DNA from: a virus
Lineage: Duplodnaviria; Caudoviricetes
Virus record (IMG/VR): IMGVR_UViG_3300025836_000010
Span: 1-61,572 of that record
Reading direction: 5' to 3' (one strand)
DNA length: 61,572 nt
Shown: positions 1-8,394 of the stretch, piece after piece
Layout: each line of letters opens with the position of its first letter
How positions within the stretch are numbered: position 1 is the stretch's first letter
Notes under the pieces: model-generated
Told to the model about the DNA's origin: nothing
Database searches by the model: none
Seen by the model: the letters and a program-made list of their open reading frames with translations, nothing else
Made by a program: the position numbers and the translations under genes

Positions 1-206
1 TGGCGCGCCCCCACCACACAAACTTCTCGACCACCCCCATGTTAGGCACACCTAACTCGCCGGCGTAGGCTGCCCGATTGCAGCGCGATAGGCAGGACGA
101 AGACCGCTCGATCGTTCCAAAACGAGCCTAAAGAGTTGCATGGCAACGGCCGATATGCGGTACGGTACGGGCAAGGATTCATTCGATCGAGACAGGAGCG
201 GGAGCA

Positions 207-392
207 ATGAAGGCTGAAACTAAGGCACGCAGAGCAGCACAATGGGCAGCCTACCAAGCACACCTCGCAGAGTGGCGCGCACTGGACGCACGCAGCGAGC
301 TAGGCGCGGCAATGCGCCTGGCGACCGTGCGCTCGCACACCGCGCAGCCGACCGCCGCGCCGCTTGTCGCCAGTGTTGAGGTAGTGCAATGA
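207..392 (+). CDS. small early-region hypothetical protein
   Basis: GGGAG SD before ATG; stop overlaps next start (ATGA). Confidence 0.6.
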   Translation: MKAETKARRAAQWAAYQAHLAEWRALDARSELGAAMRLATVRSHTAQPTAAPLVASVEVVQ

Positions 393-613
393 GCCCGCAG
401 TACATGGCCATTGATCAATATGGCGAGACATTCCACGGTCTCGAGTATCCACGGCGCGACCTACTCGAGAGACTCAACAGGCAGCATGCAGACAAGATGT
501 ACATTGACCACAAAGACGGCAGTACCTATCACTGCGGCTACATCATTGCCGGTCTTTGGCTATGTGTGTATGGGATAGAAGGCACAGTGTTCGCGACCAA
601 GGCAAGCGCATGA
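389..613 (+). CDS. phage early hypothetical protein
   Basis: Translationally coupled ORF with protein-like composition (IDQYG...KMYID...HCGYIIAGLW). Confidence 0.75.
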   Translation: MSPQYMAIDQYGETFHGLEYPRRDLLERLNRQHADKMYIDHKDGSTYHCGYIIAGLWLCVYGIEGTVFATKASA

Positions 614-710
614 TCGTCGATATCTGGACAACGCCAATCGGTACCCTGCTTTGGGTCCTGTTCAACGCAGGATCCTCGCTTGGGTGCCTGTTCATATAGG
701 AGTGTGGGCA

Positions 711-905
711 ATGAACCGCACAACTACCGACACATGCGACACATGCGCACACCTGACGATTCGCTGTACTGGTGAGTACCAGGGTGGACTATGCACGCAG
801 GCAGCAAGCGCGCTACAAATGCAGGGTTTCGCATCAGGACAACTTCACTACTTCGATGAACTGGCATGTGAGCACTACACACACAACGAAAGGACGGCGC
901 CATGA
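711..905 (+). CDS. small Cys-rich hypothetical protein
   Basis: AGGAG SD at ~698; CxxC motif; coupled to next gene. Confidence 0.6.
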   Translation: MNRTTTDTCDTCAHLTIRCTGEYQGGLCTQAASALQMQGFASGQLHYFDELACEHYTHNERTAP

Positions 906-1297
906 CAGCATGCGATTCATGCGGAGATATCTCCTGCACCTTGAACCCCGAGGCAGACTACTCGCCGACTGTGGTCATCTTCCGCAAGTGGAGGACTGGC
1001 GACCACGACGTGATCGCGCTCCTGCCCGAGTTGCCGGGTAATTCGCGGTATGACTGCATGTCATACATGCACGTCGGGCAGCATGGCGCGGCGAATCCGG
1101 GCATTGTCATTGATAGAACTACTCCGGCAACGGATAAGGAATCCTCTTCACTCGCTCTTGAAATGCAGCACCTTGGCTACGTGTTGAGCGTGCGCAAGCG
1201 CATCACACCGAAGACTCGCGCGAACAGGGAACACTACTACCTGGCTACACTGGCCAGCTATCAGACATGCGCACGATATGGAGGGCAGGCAGCATGA
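902..1297 (+). CDS. phage early hypothetical protein
   Basis: AAGGA SD; ATGA coupling; VIFRKW...IALLPE...SYMHVGQHG motif. Confidence 0.75.
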   Translation: MTACDSCGDISCTLNPEADYSPTVVIFRKWRTGDHDVIALLPELPGNSRYDCMSYMHVGQHGAANPGIVIDRTTPATDKESSSLALEMQHLGYVLSVRKRITPKTRANREHYYLATLASYQTCARYGGQAA

Positions 1298-1581
1298 AGG
1301 CCGACGTATCCACCACCAGATACCAGGAGGGCAACGGTACCCGCTACGTCAGAGACGAGCTAATCACCTACGGCACGCACGACAACTGTCACCCTGACGT
1401 GCACACGCAACACATCGGAATCCGTCGTTACTCCCTTTGGGTATCGGAGCAATTCGGAGACGGAGCCCTAACGCGCGACGATCGTTTCCTCGACCACGAA
1501 GAAAACGACAGTCATATCGTCGACCGCTGTACGCGCGTGGACATATCTATGTGGCTACCTATCGTCACGGCGGGAGTGTGA
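1294..1581 (+). CDS. hypothetical protein
   Basis: GGAGG SD; ATGA coupling. Confidence 0.6.
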   Translation: MKADVSTTRYQEGNGTRYVRDELITYGTHDNCHPDVHTQHIGIRRYSLWVSEQFGDGALTRDDRFLDHEENDSHIVDRCTRVDISMWLPIVTAGV

Positions 1582-1820
1582 TTGCCATGGATTGGCCATA
1601 TCACCCGACTGCGCAGGACTTGCGCCGGCGGTGGATCTACTTCCTGCCTGTCGAGCAGGAGCGCATTCGCAGGACGATCAGGTCGCGCGCGGCATTGCTC
1701 CGCGCGATGCGACGGGCCCCGTATGAAGAGCAGATCGCCATAGGAATCCGCGCAGCTGCCGCACTCGAGTCAATCCGCTGGACGTATGAAGGAGCGCGCC
1801 TGCGCACACTTGGATACTGA
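1578..1820 (+). CDS. basic hypothetical protein
   Basis: GTGA coupling to the upstream ORF; an ATG at 1587 is an alternative start. Confidence 0.5.
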   Translation: MIAMDWPYHPTAQDLRRRWIYFLPVEQERIRRTIRSRAALLRAMRRAPYEEQIAIGIRAAAALESIRWTYEGARLRTLGY

Positions 1821-1908
1821 CGCCATGACGAAACGGCGCGCCGCATCGGGCGCCGTCGGCAGGTATTGGTAGCCTGTCAGGATTAGTCACCACGGCGAAG
1901 GAGCAAAG

Positions 1909-2466
1909 ATGTCAGCATGGATTGTCAGTAAGGAGCATATCGACTTGATCGTCAGAGCTGCGACGCAGCGAGGCGACGGGTACGACAGCGGGCGCGAGCG
2001 AGTGTACCTCCGCAAGCTCGAGAGCGACGAACGGGCGCCCGATACGCAAGGGTATGACTTGACCGAATACCCGGCCAAATACGGCGGCGCGCGTAACCTC
2101 TTTTTCCAAATCGCGCCAGAGAACGCCAGCGAGCTAGGCCGCCTGCTTTGGTGGGAGTGTGTGCGCAGCGTCTCCTATCGGTACGACGACCCGGACTTCG
2201 CAAAGCTGCCCGGGTATGGGTATACGTTGAACGAATACGAGCAGTATCGGTACCCCGCGGCAATGGATGCTTACTCCGCGCGGCCGGATCCGGTGGTCGT
2301 TCTCAAGTCGATAGCCTGTTACGAGTACCAGTCCTGTGAGCATCCTGGCTGGGCAGAGAGCGACGCAAAGCGACTTTGCGAATGGCTACGCGACAAGATG
2401 ATTCATTCGTTGCCCGGGTACGAGGATGCGCCGTGGGGCGTCGAGCCTGCAGCGGTGGCGTCGTGA
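1909..2466 (+). CDS. conserved-looking phage hypothetical protein
   Basis: AAGGAG SD; MSAWIVS..HID and CYEYQSCEH...LPGYEDAPW motifs. Confidence 0.8.
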   Translation: MSAWIVSKEHIDLIVRAATQRGDGYDSGRERVYLRKLESDERAPDTQGYDLTEYPAKYGGARNLFFQIAPENASELGRLLWWECVRSVSYRYDDPDFAKLPGYGYTLNEYEQYRYPAAMDAYSARPDPVVVLKSIACYEYQSCEHPGWAESDAKRLCEWLRDKMIHSLPGYEDAPWGVEPAAVAS

Positions 2467-2777
2467 GCGCCGTTTCAGACTTCATTATCAGAGTGTGCGA
2501 GGCGGCCGGCCTAGATCCTGCGGACGAATCGTCGTGGGACGCTATCTGGCAAGCCGACCAGGGCGCGCAGTCGGTACCGTGCGACCCGGCGGAGCACTTC
2601 GCGCAGATCGTCGCGACACTGCGGCAGGCGCCGCGGCCGTGCACGCGGTGCACAATGACCGTGTCAGGACTGCACGACGGAAACGTCGTGAACGGCCGAA
2701 CCTACTGTCGGGAGTGCTCTGGCATCGTTGCGCAGACACCGACCGATAGGCGCGAACGCGCAGAGCGTGCGCGATGA
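2463..2777 (+). CDS. hypothetical protein with Zn-ribbon (CxxC...CxxC)
   Basis: GTGA coupling; two CxxC pairs. Confidence 0.55.
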   Translation: MSAVSDFIIRVCEAAGLDPADESSWDAIWQADQGAQSVPCDPAEHFAQIVATLRQAPRPCTRCTMTVSGLHDGNVVNGRTYCRECSGIVAQTPTDRRERAERAR

Positions 2778-2865
2778 GCGACCTCGAGGCACTGATAGCA
2801 ATGTACTTTCTGTTTTGGGTTGCGATTTGGTATGGACTCGGCAAGATGAGCGGAGGCGGGAAGTA

Positions 2866-3075
2866 ATGACACGCACACATTGCTACTCGTGCGCGAACAC
2901 AATCACGACAGGCGGCCGATATCTCGGACTGTTTGATGACTGGGCAACGCTCCGGCCTTATTGCACGCCGTGCGCGATGGAGACACGGCGCCGAGCTCTT
3001 GCGGCGGGTATGGGGCGCGTTGAGGTGCGGCAGTGGTACCACAGACACGGCAGGGTAGCGAGGCCGCGACACTGA
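2866..3075 (+). CDS. small Zn-finger hypothetical protein
   Basis: GGAGG upstream; CYSC...CTPC. Confidence 0.5.
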   Translation: MTRTHCYSCANTITTGGRYLGLFDDWATLRPYCTPCAMETRRRALAAGMGRVEVRQWYHRHGRVARPRH

Positions 3076-3089
3076 CGCAGACCACAAAG

Positions 3090-3125
3090 CGCGCGATTCG
3101 GCCGCCTGGTGCGGCCGTTTCGCGT
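3090..3125 (+). terminator. possible terminator hairpin after the early operon
   Basis: Imperfect inverted repeat CGCGATTCGGCCGC-CTGGT-GCGGCCGTTTCGCG. Confidence 0.4.
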
Positions 3126-3660
3126 TAAGAGGGGCCGCCCGCGTCCGCCGTAGCGTCACCACGGGCCGCGCGGCGCCTGCGGGTACACTGACGCCACAAC
3201 GGCCGGCCGCGCGTCAGAACGGGCCGCAGGATCCTACTCCGGGCCCGGGAGCGATTCTAGGCGCCGCAGGGGCCGCGCGACACCAGTACACGACCACGGG
3301 CCGCGCGGGCGGTACGGGGCCGCCTGGGGCCGCATGGAGGTATCGGGCAGGGTGCCGATGGAGACGGGGCGCGGCCGGCGGGCGCCCGGTACGGGCTCGG
3401 CAGGGTTTCAGCAGGGCTCGAGCTAGTCGATCGACGCGAAACAGCCCGAATCGGGCGGCTTCATAATTCTCAACAATAGCCTGTTTCCGCCCTGTTGCCA
3501 GTCTAGTAGTTGCGCGCTCATTGACCCCGCAAACAAGACCAATCCGGTCGCATACTAGCACCGTAACATGTCACCGGATGCGTCAGGAACTGTAGATCTG
3601 GCGCTAAAATCCTGGCGGAAACTGTAGATTTTTCTGCAAATTTTTCTGCAAAAAAAATTG
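3100..3660. repeat. non-coding region with GGCCGC array and AT-rich direct repeats (candidate origin or packaging region)
   Basis: Nine same-strand GGCCGC copies 3100-3333; CCACGGGCCGCGCGG twice; AACTGTAGAT twice and TTTTTCTGCAAA twice at 3588-3658. Confidence 0.5.
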
Positions 3661-3724
3661 CCGCGCCCGCTTTGTGGTAGTCTCCAAGTGTTGCGCCGCG
3701 AAAACCTTGTTGTCAGGAGCCCGG

Positions 3725-3916
3725 ATGCGTGCCGGCAAACGCAGAATCACGGCCGCCGAAGCAGCCCGTCGCCTAGGCGTTCACAAGTCGACAGTCACAA
3801 GGTGGATAGCCGCCGGGAAGTTGCCTGCCAAGCGCACTCCCGGCGGCCACTATCGGATTCGGCCTAGCGATCTGAGAAGAAACGCCCAAACTCACCATCA
3901 TCCCATCCGTCGATGA
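3725..3916 (+). CDS. excisionase/MerR-like winged-HTH protein (HTH_17 type)
   Basis: AGGAG SD; ITAAEAARRLGVHKSTVTRWIAAGKLPAKRTPGGHYRI. Confidence 0.85.
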   Translation: MRAGKRRITAAEAARRLGVHKSTVTRWIAAGKLPAKRTPGGHYRIRPSDLRRNAQTHHHPIRR

Positions 3917-4070
3917 ACCCGCCCCCTGGTGGTGTCTCTCCAAGAACCCCGCACAGGATGATGATTTCGTCGTGAACGTCGCCCATGTTCTCGGACATCA
4001 TCAGTCCTGCAACGACATTCTTGAGTGCTTGATTCTCACCACTCGTCACGGTGTCTCCCTCCACACTCAC
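3864..4070 (-). CDS. acidic hypothetical protein
   Basis: GTGA-coupled to the rtcB stop. Confidence 0.55.
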   Translation of the reverse strand: MSVEGDTVTSGENQALKNVVAGLMMSENMGDVHDEIIILCGVLGETPPGGGFIDGWDDGEFGRFFSDR

Positions 4071-5242
4071 GCCTTCACGACGGCGAGCGGCCGCAGTTTC
4101 TTCGTGATCCGCACGAGGTCCGCTTGATTGGCCATCACAACGTCGATGTCATGGTACGCCTGCCGACATTCCTCGGCAACGTCGGCCTTCTTCACCTTGT
4201 ACAGGGCGATGTCCGCGGCCTCCATCTCGGCGATCACGTCAGCGGCTGGAATCGCCCTCTGCGCGGCCTTGCGCCCCATCGCCCGCCCGGCCCCGTGTGA
4301 ACATGACATGAACGACTCGCGATTGCCCAGGCCCTCGCCGATGTAGCTGGTACTGCCCATGCTGCCAGGAATGATGACCGTCTCGCCGTCGCGCGCCCTG
4401 ACGGCTCCCTTCCGGTGCACCATCACGTTCTTGCCGAAGTGGTTTTCCATGGTCGCGTAGTTGTGGTGTATGTCGATCTCGTCGCCCCATCCGATGCCCT
4501 CGCGGTACAGCACGCTCTGAATGGCGTGCATCATGTGCTCGCGGTTGAGATAGGCGAAGCGCAGGCAGGCGTTCATCTCGGCGAGGTAGGCTTGGCCCTC
4601 GTCTGAATCGAGCGGCAGGAACGCCAGTTCGTGATCCTTGGGCACCGACGAATGCCAGCGCGCGTTCATCTCGATGGCGAGTGCGTTGTAGTGCTTGGCG
4701 ACTTGGAAGCCGACGTTGCGGCTACCTGAGTGGAGCATGAACCACGCCATGTCGTCTTCGTCTGCCTGCGCCTCGATGAAGTGGTTGCCGCCGCCAAGGG
4801 TGCCGATCTGAGTCAGGGACTTCTCGTACTCGCGCTCCAGTATGGGCAACCGTCCGTCTTGGCCGTTGATCAGTTCCTGTCCGGCCCAGTCGGGTTGCTC
4901 TTCCTGGTGGTGACTGAAGCCGGTCGGGATCGCGCGCTGGATATCGTGCATGATGGCTTCGCGCTTCGCCATGAACTCGTCGACTGTGCATTCGAGCGGC
5001 CATGTTCTCATCCCGCAGCCGATGTCAACGCCGACCGCATTCGGGATGACGACTCCCTGTGTGGCGAGCACGCCGCCTATCGGCATCCCGTAGCCCTGAT
5101 GTGCGTCGGGCATGATGGCGACGTGGCGGAAGGCGAAGGGGAGATCGGCAAGATGCCGCGCCTGCTCCATCGCGCCCTCTTCCATGTCGTCCGTCCATAT
5201 CTTCAGCGGCACGCGTCCGGTGGCATCAATCTGCATGGTCAC
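4067..5242 (-). CDS. rtcB: RtcB-family 3'-phosphate/5'-OH RNA ligase
   Basis: MPDAHQGYG, VGVDIGCG, GTLGGGNHFIE, LHSGSR, HHNYA, HRKGA, IPGSMG, SHGAGR motifs. Confidence 0.96.
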   Translation of the reverse strand: MTMQIDATGRVPLKIWTDDMEEGAMEQARHLADLPFAFRHVAIMPDAHQGYGMPIGGVLATQGVVIPNAVGVDIGCGMRTWPLECTVDEFMAKREAIMHDIQRAIPTGFSHHQEEQPDWAGQELINGQDGRLPILEREYEKSLTQIGTLGGGNHFIEAQADEDDMAWFMLHSGSRNVGFQVAKHYNALAIEMNARWHSSVPKDHELAFLPLDSDEGQAYLAEMNACLRFAYLNREHMMHAIQSVLYREGIGWGDEIDIHHNYATMENHFGKNVMVHRKGAVRARDGETVIIPGSMGSTSYIGEGLGNRESFMSCSHGAGRAMGRKAAQRAIPAADVIAEMEAADIALYKVKKADVAEECRQAYHDIDVVMANQADLVRITKKLRPLAVVKA

Positions 5243-5520
5243 CCCACCTCTATCGCCAGCGCGTGTTCATCCACCGCCCGGATGGCCCGATTCAGCGTGT
5301 CGATATTCGTCACCAACGGGTTCCGCGACATCTTCGTGTAGCAATCCACCTCCGTCTTCAGGTTCGCCAGCTCGAGCTTCGCCGACATCGAGCGGATGTT
5401 CTGACGGTGGGCGCGGCTTCTCCGCTGTAGCCGGTCCACCTCGGTTGTCAATGCGGCGATGTACGCCATGGACTCGGCCTTGGCCATCTTGCCGACTTCT
5501 GATTTGGTAAGGATGTTCAC
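5239..5520 (-). CDS. coiled-coil hypothetical protein
   Basis: Coupled between the two ligase genes. Confidence 0.7.
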   Translation of the reverse strand: MNILTKSEVGKMAKAESMAYIAALTTEVDRLQRRSRAHRQNIRSMSAKLELANLKTEVDCYTKMSRNPLVTNIDTLNRAIRAVDEHALAIEVG

Positions 5521-6527
5521 GTGGTCCCCCTTGGGTCTAGTGTCACGGTTGAGTTAGCGCCCGTGATCGGGTCTGTAACCGTTATGGACGAGAGTTTCTG
5601 TGGTCCCGGGTCCGCCTCTTTCTCATCCGCGAACACATCCGCCATCAGTCGCTCCTTGTACCATTCGGGCGCCCCGGCGACGGACTTCCGCAACAACGCG
5701 CCGCCGAACTCCCGCCAGAGGAAGTCCTTGATGGTGTCGATCTCTTCCTCCGTGATGTCGCGCTGAATCTCCTTGATGAGCGGCCCGATGTCGCGCGGGG
5801 CGTTCTCAAGGCGACCGTCGTCGCGCAGGTGCTGAACGGCCTTCTCCCACCGCGCCTCGCTCCGGTATTGGTCCTGGAACACGTCCCACTTTCCACGCGC
5901 CGTGTTCTCGATTCCCCAGTTCTTCTGGTGCTTCTCCTTGAACGCCTCGCTGACGTATTTGCCGCACATGAGCGGGATCGGTTGGCCGCCTAGCAGAAAC
6001 GGGCGCTGGTAGTTCTTCACGACCACGCCCTCGACGGTGGTGCCGCCGAGGTAACTGTCCGTGGCGAGCAGTTCTTGGAGTTGCGCCACAGCCTCGACCT
6101 TGCCCCGGTACAGGAGCGGTACCGCTTCCAGCCCGATGCTCGCCGCCAGATCGGCAAGCTCGCGCCAGTCCGAGACGAAGGTGCCCCCTGGCGTGCTGGC
6201 GCCGAAGACGGCGATGTTGTTCTGCGGGACGCACTCATACGCCAAGGTGTTGTGCTTCGGCTTGCGCAGATACTCGCCGTAGAAGATCACGTTGTTGGGC
6301 AAGTCGAGGCTGAGCACGTAGTCGGCGGCCAGATCGAACATCCGGTCGACCGCGCCGGCGTGCTGTTCCTTGCCCTTCGACCGCATGTGGAGTTCGCCGC
6401 TGACCCGCCCAAACACCCACTGCGAGCCGTCGACCTTCTCGGTCACCTCCACGTCGTCCTTGAACAGGTCGGCGATGTAGTCCTGGCCGATGGAGAATAT
6501 CTTGGGGAACGCGCTGAATCCCACCAA
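5517..6527 (-). CDS. ATP-dependent RNA ligase, Rnl2-like
   Basis: Nucleotidyltransferase motifs: I EKVDGS, III FYGE, IIIa VFG, IV EGVVVK, V KYVSEAFKE; N-terminal FSAFPKI; AGGAGG SD. Confidence 0.85.
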   Translation of the reverse strand: MVGFSAFPKIFSIGQDYIADLFKDDVEVTEKVDGSQWVFGRVSGELHMRSKGKEQHAGAVDRMFDLAADYVLSLDLPNNVIFYGEYLRKPKHNTLAYECVPQNNIAVFGASTPGGTFVSDWRELADLAASIGLEAVPLLYRGKVEAVAQLQELLATDSYLGGTTVEGVVVKNYQRPFLLGGQPIPLMCGKYVSEAFKEKHQKNWGIENTARGKWDVFQDQYRSEARWEKAVQHLRDDGRLENAPRDIGPLIKEIQRDITEEEIDTIKDFLWREFGGALLRKSVAGAPEWYKERLMADVFADEKEADPGPQKLSSITVTDPITGANSTVTLDPRGTT

Positions 6528-6557
6528 TGCACCTCCTGGAATGATTGCCGTGCAACC

Positions 6558-6586
6558 ATCCTAGAGGGCAAGAGTGGGGACGGAGG
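6558..6586 (-). promoter_or_regulatory. phage-specific promoter copy 1 (CCTCCGTCCCCAC-N10-TAGGAT)
   Basis: Perfect 13-mer shared with four other intergenic sites; -10 at a fixed distance; upstream of the ligase operon. Confidence 0.8.
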
Positions 6587-6610
6587 AGGCTACAGGGAGT
6601 TGCAGACGTG

Positions 6611-6635
6611 AAAAGGCCCGCACGGTGGCGGGCCT
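6611..6635 (-). terminator. intrinsic terminator
   Basis: AGGCCCGC-CACCGT-GCGGGCCT followed by TTT on the minus strand. Confidence 0.7.
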
Positions 6636-6660
6636 CGGGTCGCGCTGTATGCGGGGGCGG

Positions 6661-6903
6661 CTAGTCCTTGCGTGGCCGCCAGTTGGCAAGTCGATAATCG
6701 AGAGGTGATTGCGGGTTGACGTGGGTTTCGTAGGCGAGTTCCCTACAGGCGTCTCGCGCCACCCACTCCCACTTGTCCCGCTCCACCTCCAGCTCGGCTA
6801 GGGCGGCGTCAGCAGCATCAGCTACTTCGCTTCGCTCGACCGCCCAGTACTCCTTGCCGCGCACGATAGCGCACACCCTCTTGTACTCATCCATGGCACT
6901 CAT
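6661..6903 (-). CDS. small modular protein (MSA..EY..ADAA.AELE family)
   Basis: MSAMDEYKR...ADAALAELEVE; coupled start. Confidence 0.7.
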   Translation of the reverse strand: MSAMDEYKRVCAIVRGKEYWAVERSEVADAADAALAELEVERDKWEWVARDACRELAYETHVNPQSPLDYRLANWRPRKD

Positions 6904-7082
6904 GGCGTCCCATTCCCAATCCTTGCCAGCTCCGCGTCCACCCACGTCACCCTAACGCGCCAGCGACCACCCTGCCGCACGGCCGGCACTTTGCCCGCCG
7001 CAATCCATCGCGTCATCGTCGACTTGTTCACGCCGAGGCGGCGGGCGGCGGCGGCGGCGGTGATTGTCTGGGGGCCGGTCAT
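6900..7082 (-). CDS. excisionase/MerR-like winged-HTH protein, paralog of 3725..3916
   Basis: ITAAAAARRLGVNKSTMTRWIAAGKVPAVRQGGRWRV. Confidence 0.85.
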   Translation of the reverse strand: MTGPQTITAAAAARRLGVNKSTMTRWIAAGKVPAVRQGGRWRVRVTWVDAELARIGNGTP

Positions 7083-7324
7083 CGCACGTATTCGTCCCAG
7101 ATGGCCCGCAGGCGGGCGGACTCGGCGTCTGGGATGCTGCGGTACTCGGCGACCTTGTCGTTTTCATCGAGCAGGTCGGCGTAGGTGCTGATGAGGACGT
7201 GGGCGGCGGCGAGCGCGTCGGCCTGCGCCATATTGCGGTTTGTGATGGGAGAGAACTTAGCGATGACGCGGCGGGCGGTCTCAACTTCGGCTTCGATCTG
7301 CTTCGGGTTCGTCGTGCAGTACAT
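7079..7324 (-). CDS. hypothetical protein
   Basis: GGAGGG SD; first gene after a sigma-A-like promoter. Confidence 0.7.
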   Translation of the reverse strand: MYCTTNPKQIEAEVETARRVIAKFSPITNRNMAQADALAAAHVLISTYADLLDENDKVAEYRSIPDAESARLRAIWDEYVR

Positions 7325-7358
7325 GATGCCCTCCGGGTCGGTATCTGCTTACAGTCTC

Positions 7359-7386
7359 AGTATACCCCTACTCGCAACGTTTGCAA
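7359..7386 (-). promoter_or_regulatory. sigma70/sigmaA-like promoter
   Basis: TTGCAA-N16-TATACT upstream of 7324. Confidence 0.55.
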
Positions 7387-7462
7387 CCCCTTGGGCACGA
7401 TTGATTGCACGGCCAATGTGCAATTGGGGCGCCAGTCGGTGCAATTCCCGTGCGATTAGATG

Positions 7463-8338
7463 TCAGCCCAAGCGAGCTGCGCGGAGCCGGCGGTATTTCA
7501 GTAGCCCAGCCTCGCCAGCCAAGTACGCGAACGCCGCAGCCATCGAGTGAGGACACTGTGCGTTACCGAGGCCGCGCAATCTGTCCACTCTGGCGGGAAT
7601 CCCTGCAGCCACTCGACCCACAGGGGCGAGAGTGATCCAGGGGTCGACTTCGTATCCGTCACCGTCTGCGCGTACAGCGTGTCGCTCGTCTCGCGGCTGT
7701 TCCTGCGGCCGGCACACTGACTGTCCTCGGCTCGCGGGGTCGCATACGTCTGCCGGGTCGCACCACCACGGGCTACCGCCACATTCAGCGGGTCCGAGTT
7801 GCGCTCCCACTGACTCGGCCCCGCGTCGTTCTTCGCATCCTGCGCCGTCACGGTAGGCCAGTATCCACAGCCGCTTGCGCCGATGCGGGGCACCGACATC
7901 GTCCGCTCCCAGCACGCACCACTCCGCATCGAACCCCGCTTCGGAAAGGTCGCCGAGGATGCCGCCGAACATGCTTCGTCCGGCAGCATCGCGGCTTGTG
8001 AGGAGACCGGGTACGTTCTCGAAGAACCCGAGGGGAGCGTCACTTTCTCGCAGTACGCGAAGGGTGTCAGGCCAGAGGTCTCGGGAGTCCAGTCCGCCGA
8101 GGCGGTTGCCGGCTTGGGAGTGCGGCTGGCAGGGGAAGCCACCGGTGACGATATCGCACGATCCGGGGACGGGGCGGAAGTCCCGCACGTCCAAGTGGCG
8201 GGGTACGTCGGGGAAGCGGGCGGCGAGCACTCTCTGGCAATAGGCGTCGTGCTCGACGAACTGCACGGGCTCCCATCCGAGGATAAGGCTGCCGAGCAGG
8301 CCGCCGCCGGCTCCGGTGAAGAGGGAAAGTTCTCGCAT
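7463..8338 (-). CDS. DNA cytosine-5 methyltransferase, alpha-type chain lacking motif IX
   Basis: Motifs I SLFTGAGG, IV GGFPCQ, VI ENVPG, VIII HRRKRLWI, X LRGLGNA; AAGGAG SD. Confidence 0.9.
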   Translation of the reverse strand: MRELSLFTGAGGGLLGSLILGWEPVQFVEHDAYCQRVLAARFPDVPRHLDVRDFRPVPGSCDIVTGGFPCQPHSQAGNRLGGLDSRDLWPDTLRVLRESDAPLGFFENVPGLLTSRDAAGRSMFGGILGDLSEAGFDAEWCVLGADDVGAPHRRKRLWILAYRDGAGCEERRGAESVGAQLGPAECGGSPWWCDPADVCDPASRGQSVCRPQEQPRDERHAVRADGDGYEVDPWITLAPVGRVAAGIPARVDRLRGLGNAQCPHSMAAAFAYLAGEAGLLKYRRLRAARLG

Positions 8339-8355
8339 GGGTCTCCTTCGTCCAT
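7498..8355 (-). CDS. overlapping alternate-frame beta chain of the C5 methyltransferase (TRD + motif IX); start uncertain
   Basis: Same-strand open frame with WPTVTAQDAK/YATPRAEDS and LSPLWVEWLQGFPPEWT (motif IX-like), as in M.EcoHK31I-type enzymes. Confidence 0.75.
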   Translation of the reverse strand: MDEGDPCENFPSSPEPAAACSAALSSDGSPCSSSSTTPIARECSPPASPTYPATWTCGTSAPSPDRAISSPVASPASRTPKPATASADWTPETSGLTPFAYCEKVTLPSGSSRTYPVSSQAAMLPDEACSAASSATFPKRGSMRSGACWERTMSVPRIGASGCGYWPTVTAQDAKNDAGPSQWERNSDPLNVAVARGGATRQTYATPRAEDSQCAGRRNSRETSDTLYAQTVTDTKSTPGSLSPLWVEWLQGFPPEWTDCAASVTHSVLTRWLRRSRTWLARLGY

Positions 8356-8361
8356 GCACCA

Positions 8362-8390
8362 ATCATGGCGCACGGATGTGGGGACGGAGG
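8362..8390 (-). promoter_or_regulatory. phage-specific promoter copy 2 (CCTCCGTCCCCAC-N10-CATGAT)
   Basis: Perfect 13-mer at 8378-8390; -10 at 8362-8367. Confidence 0.75.
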
Positions 8391-8394
8391 ACCG

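Noticed and set aside
135-166. Promoter for the left-end early operon (TTGCAT...TACGGT)
   Set aside because: The 19-nt spacer and weak match are too poor to call.
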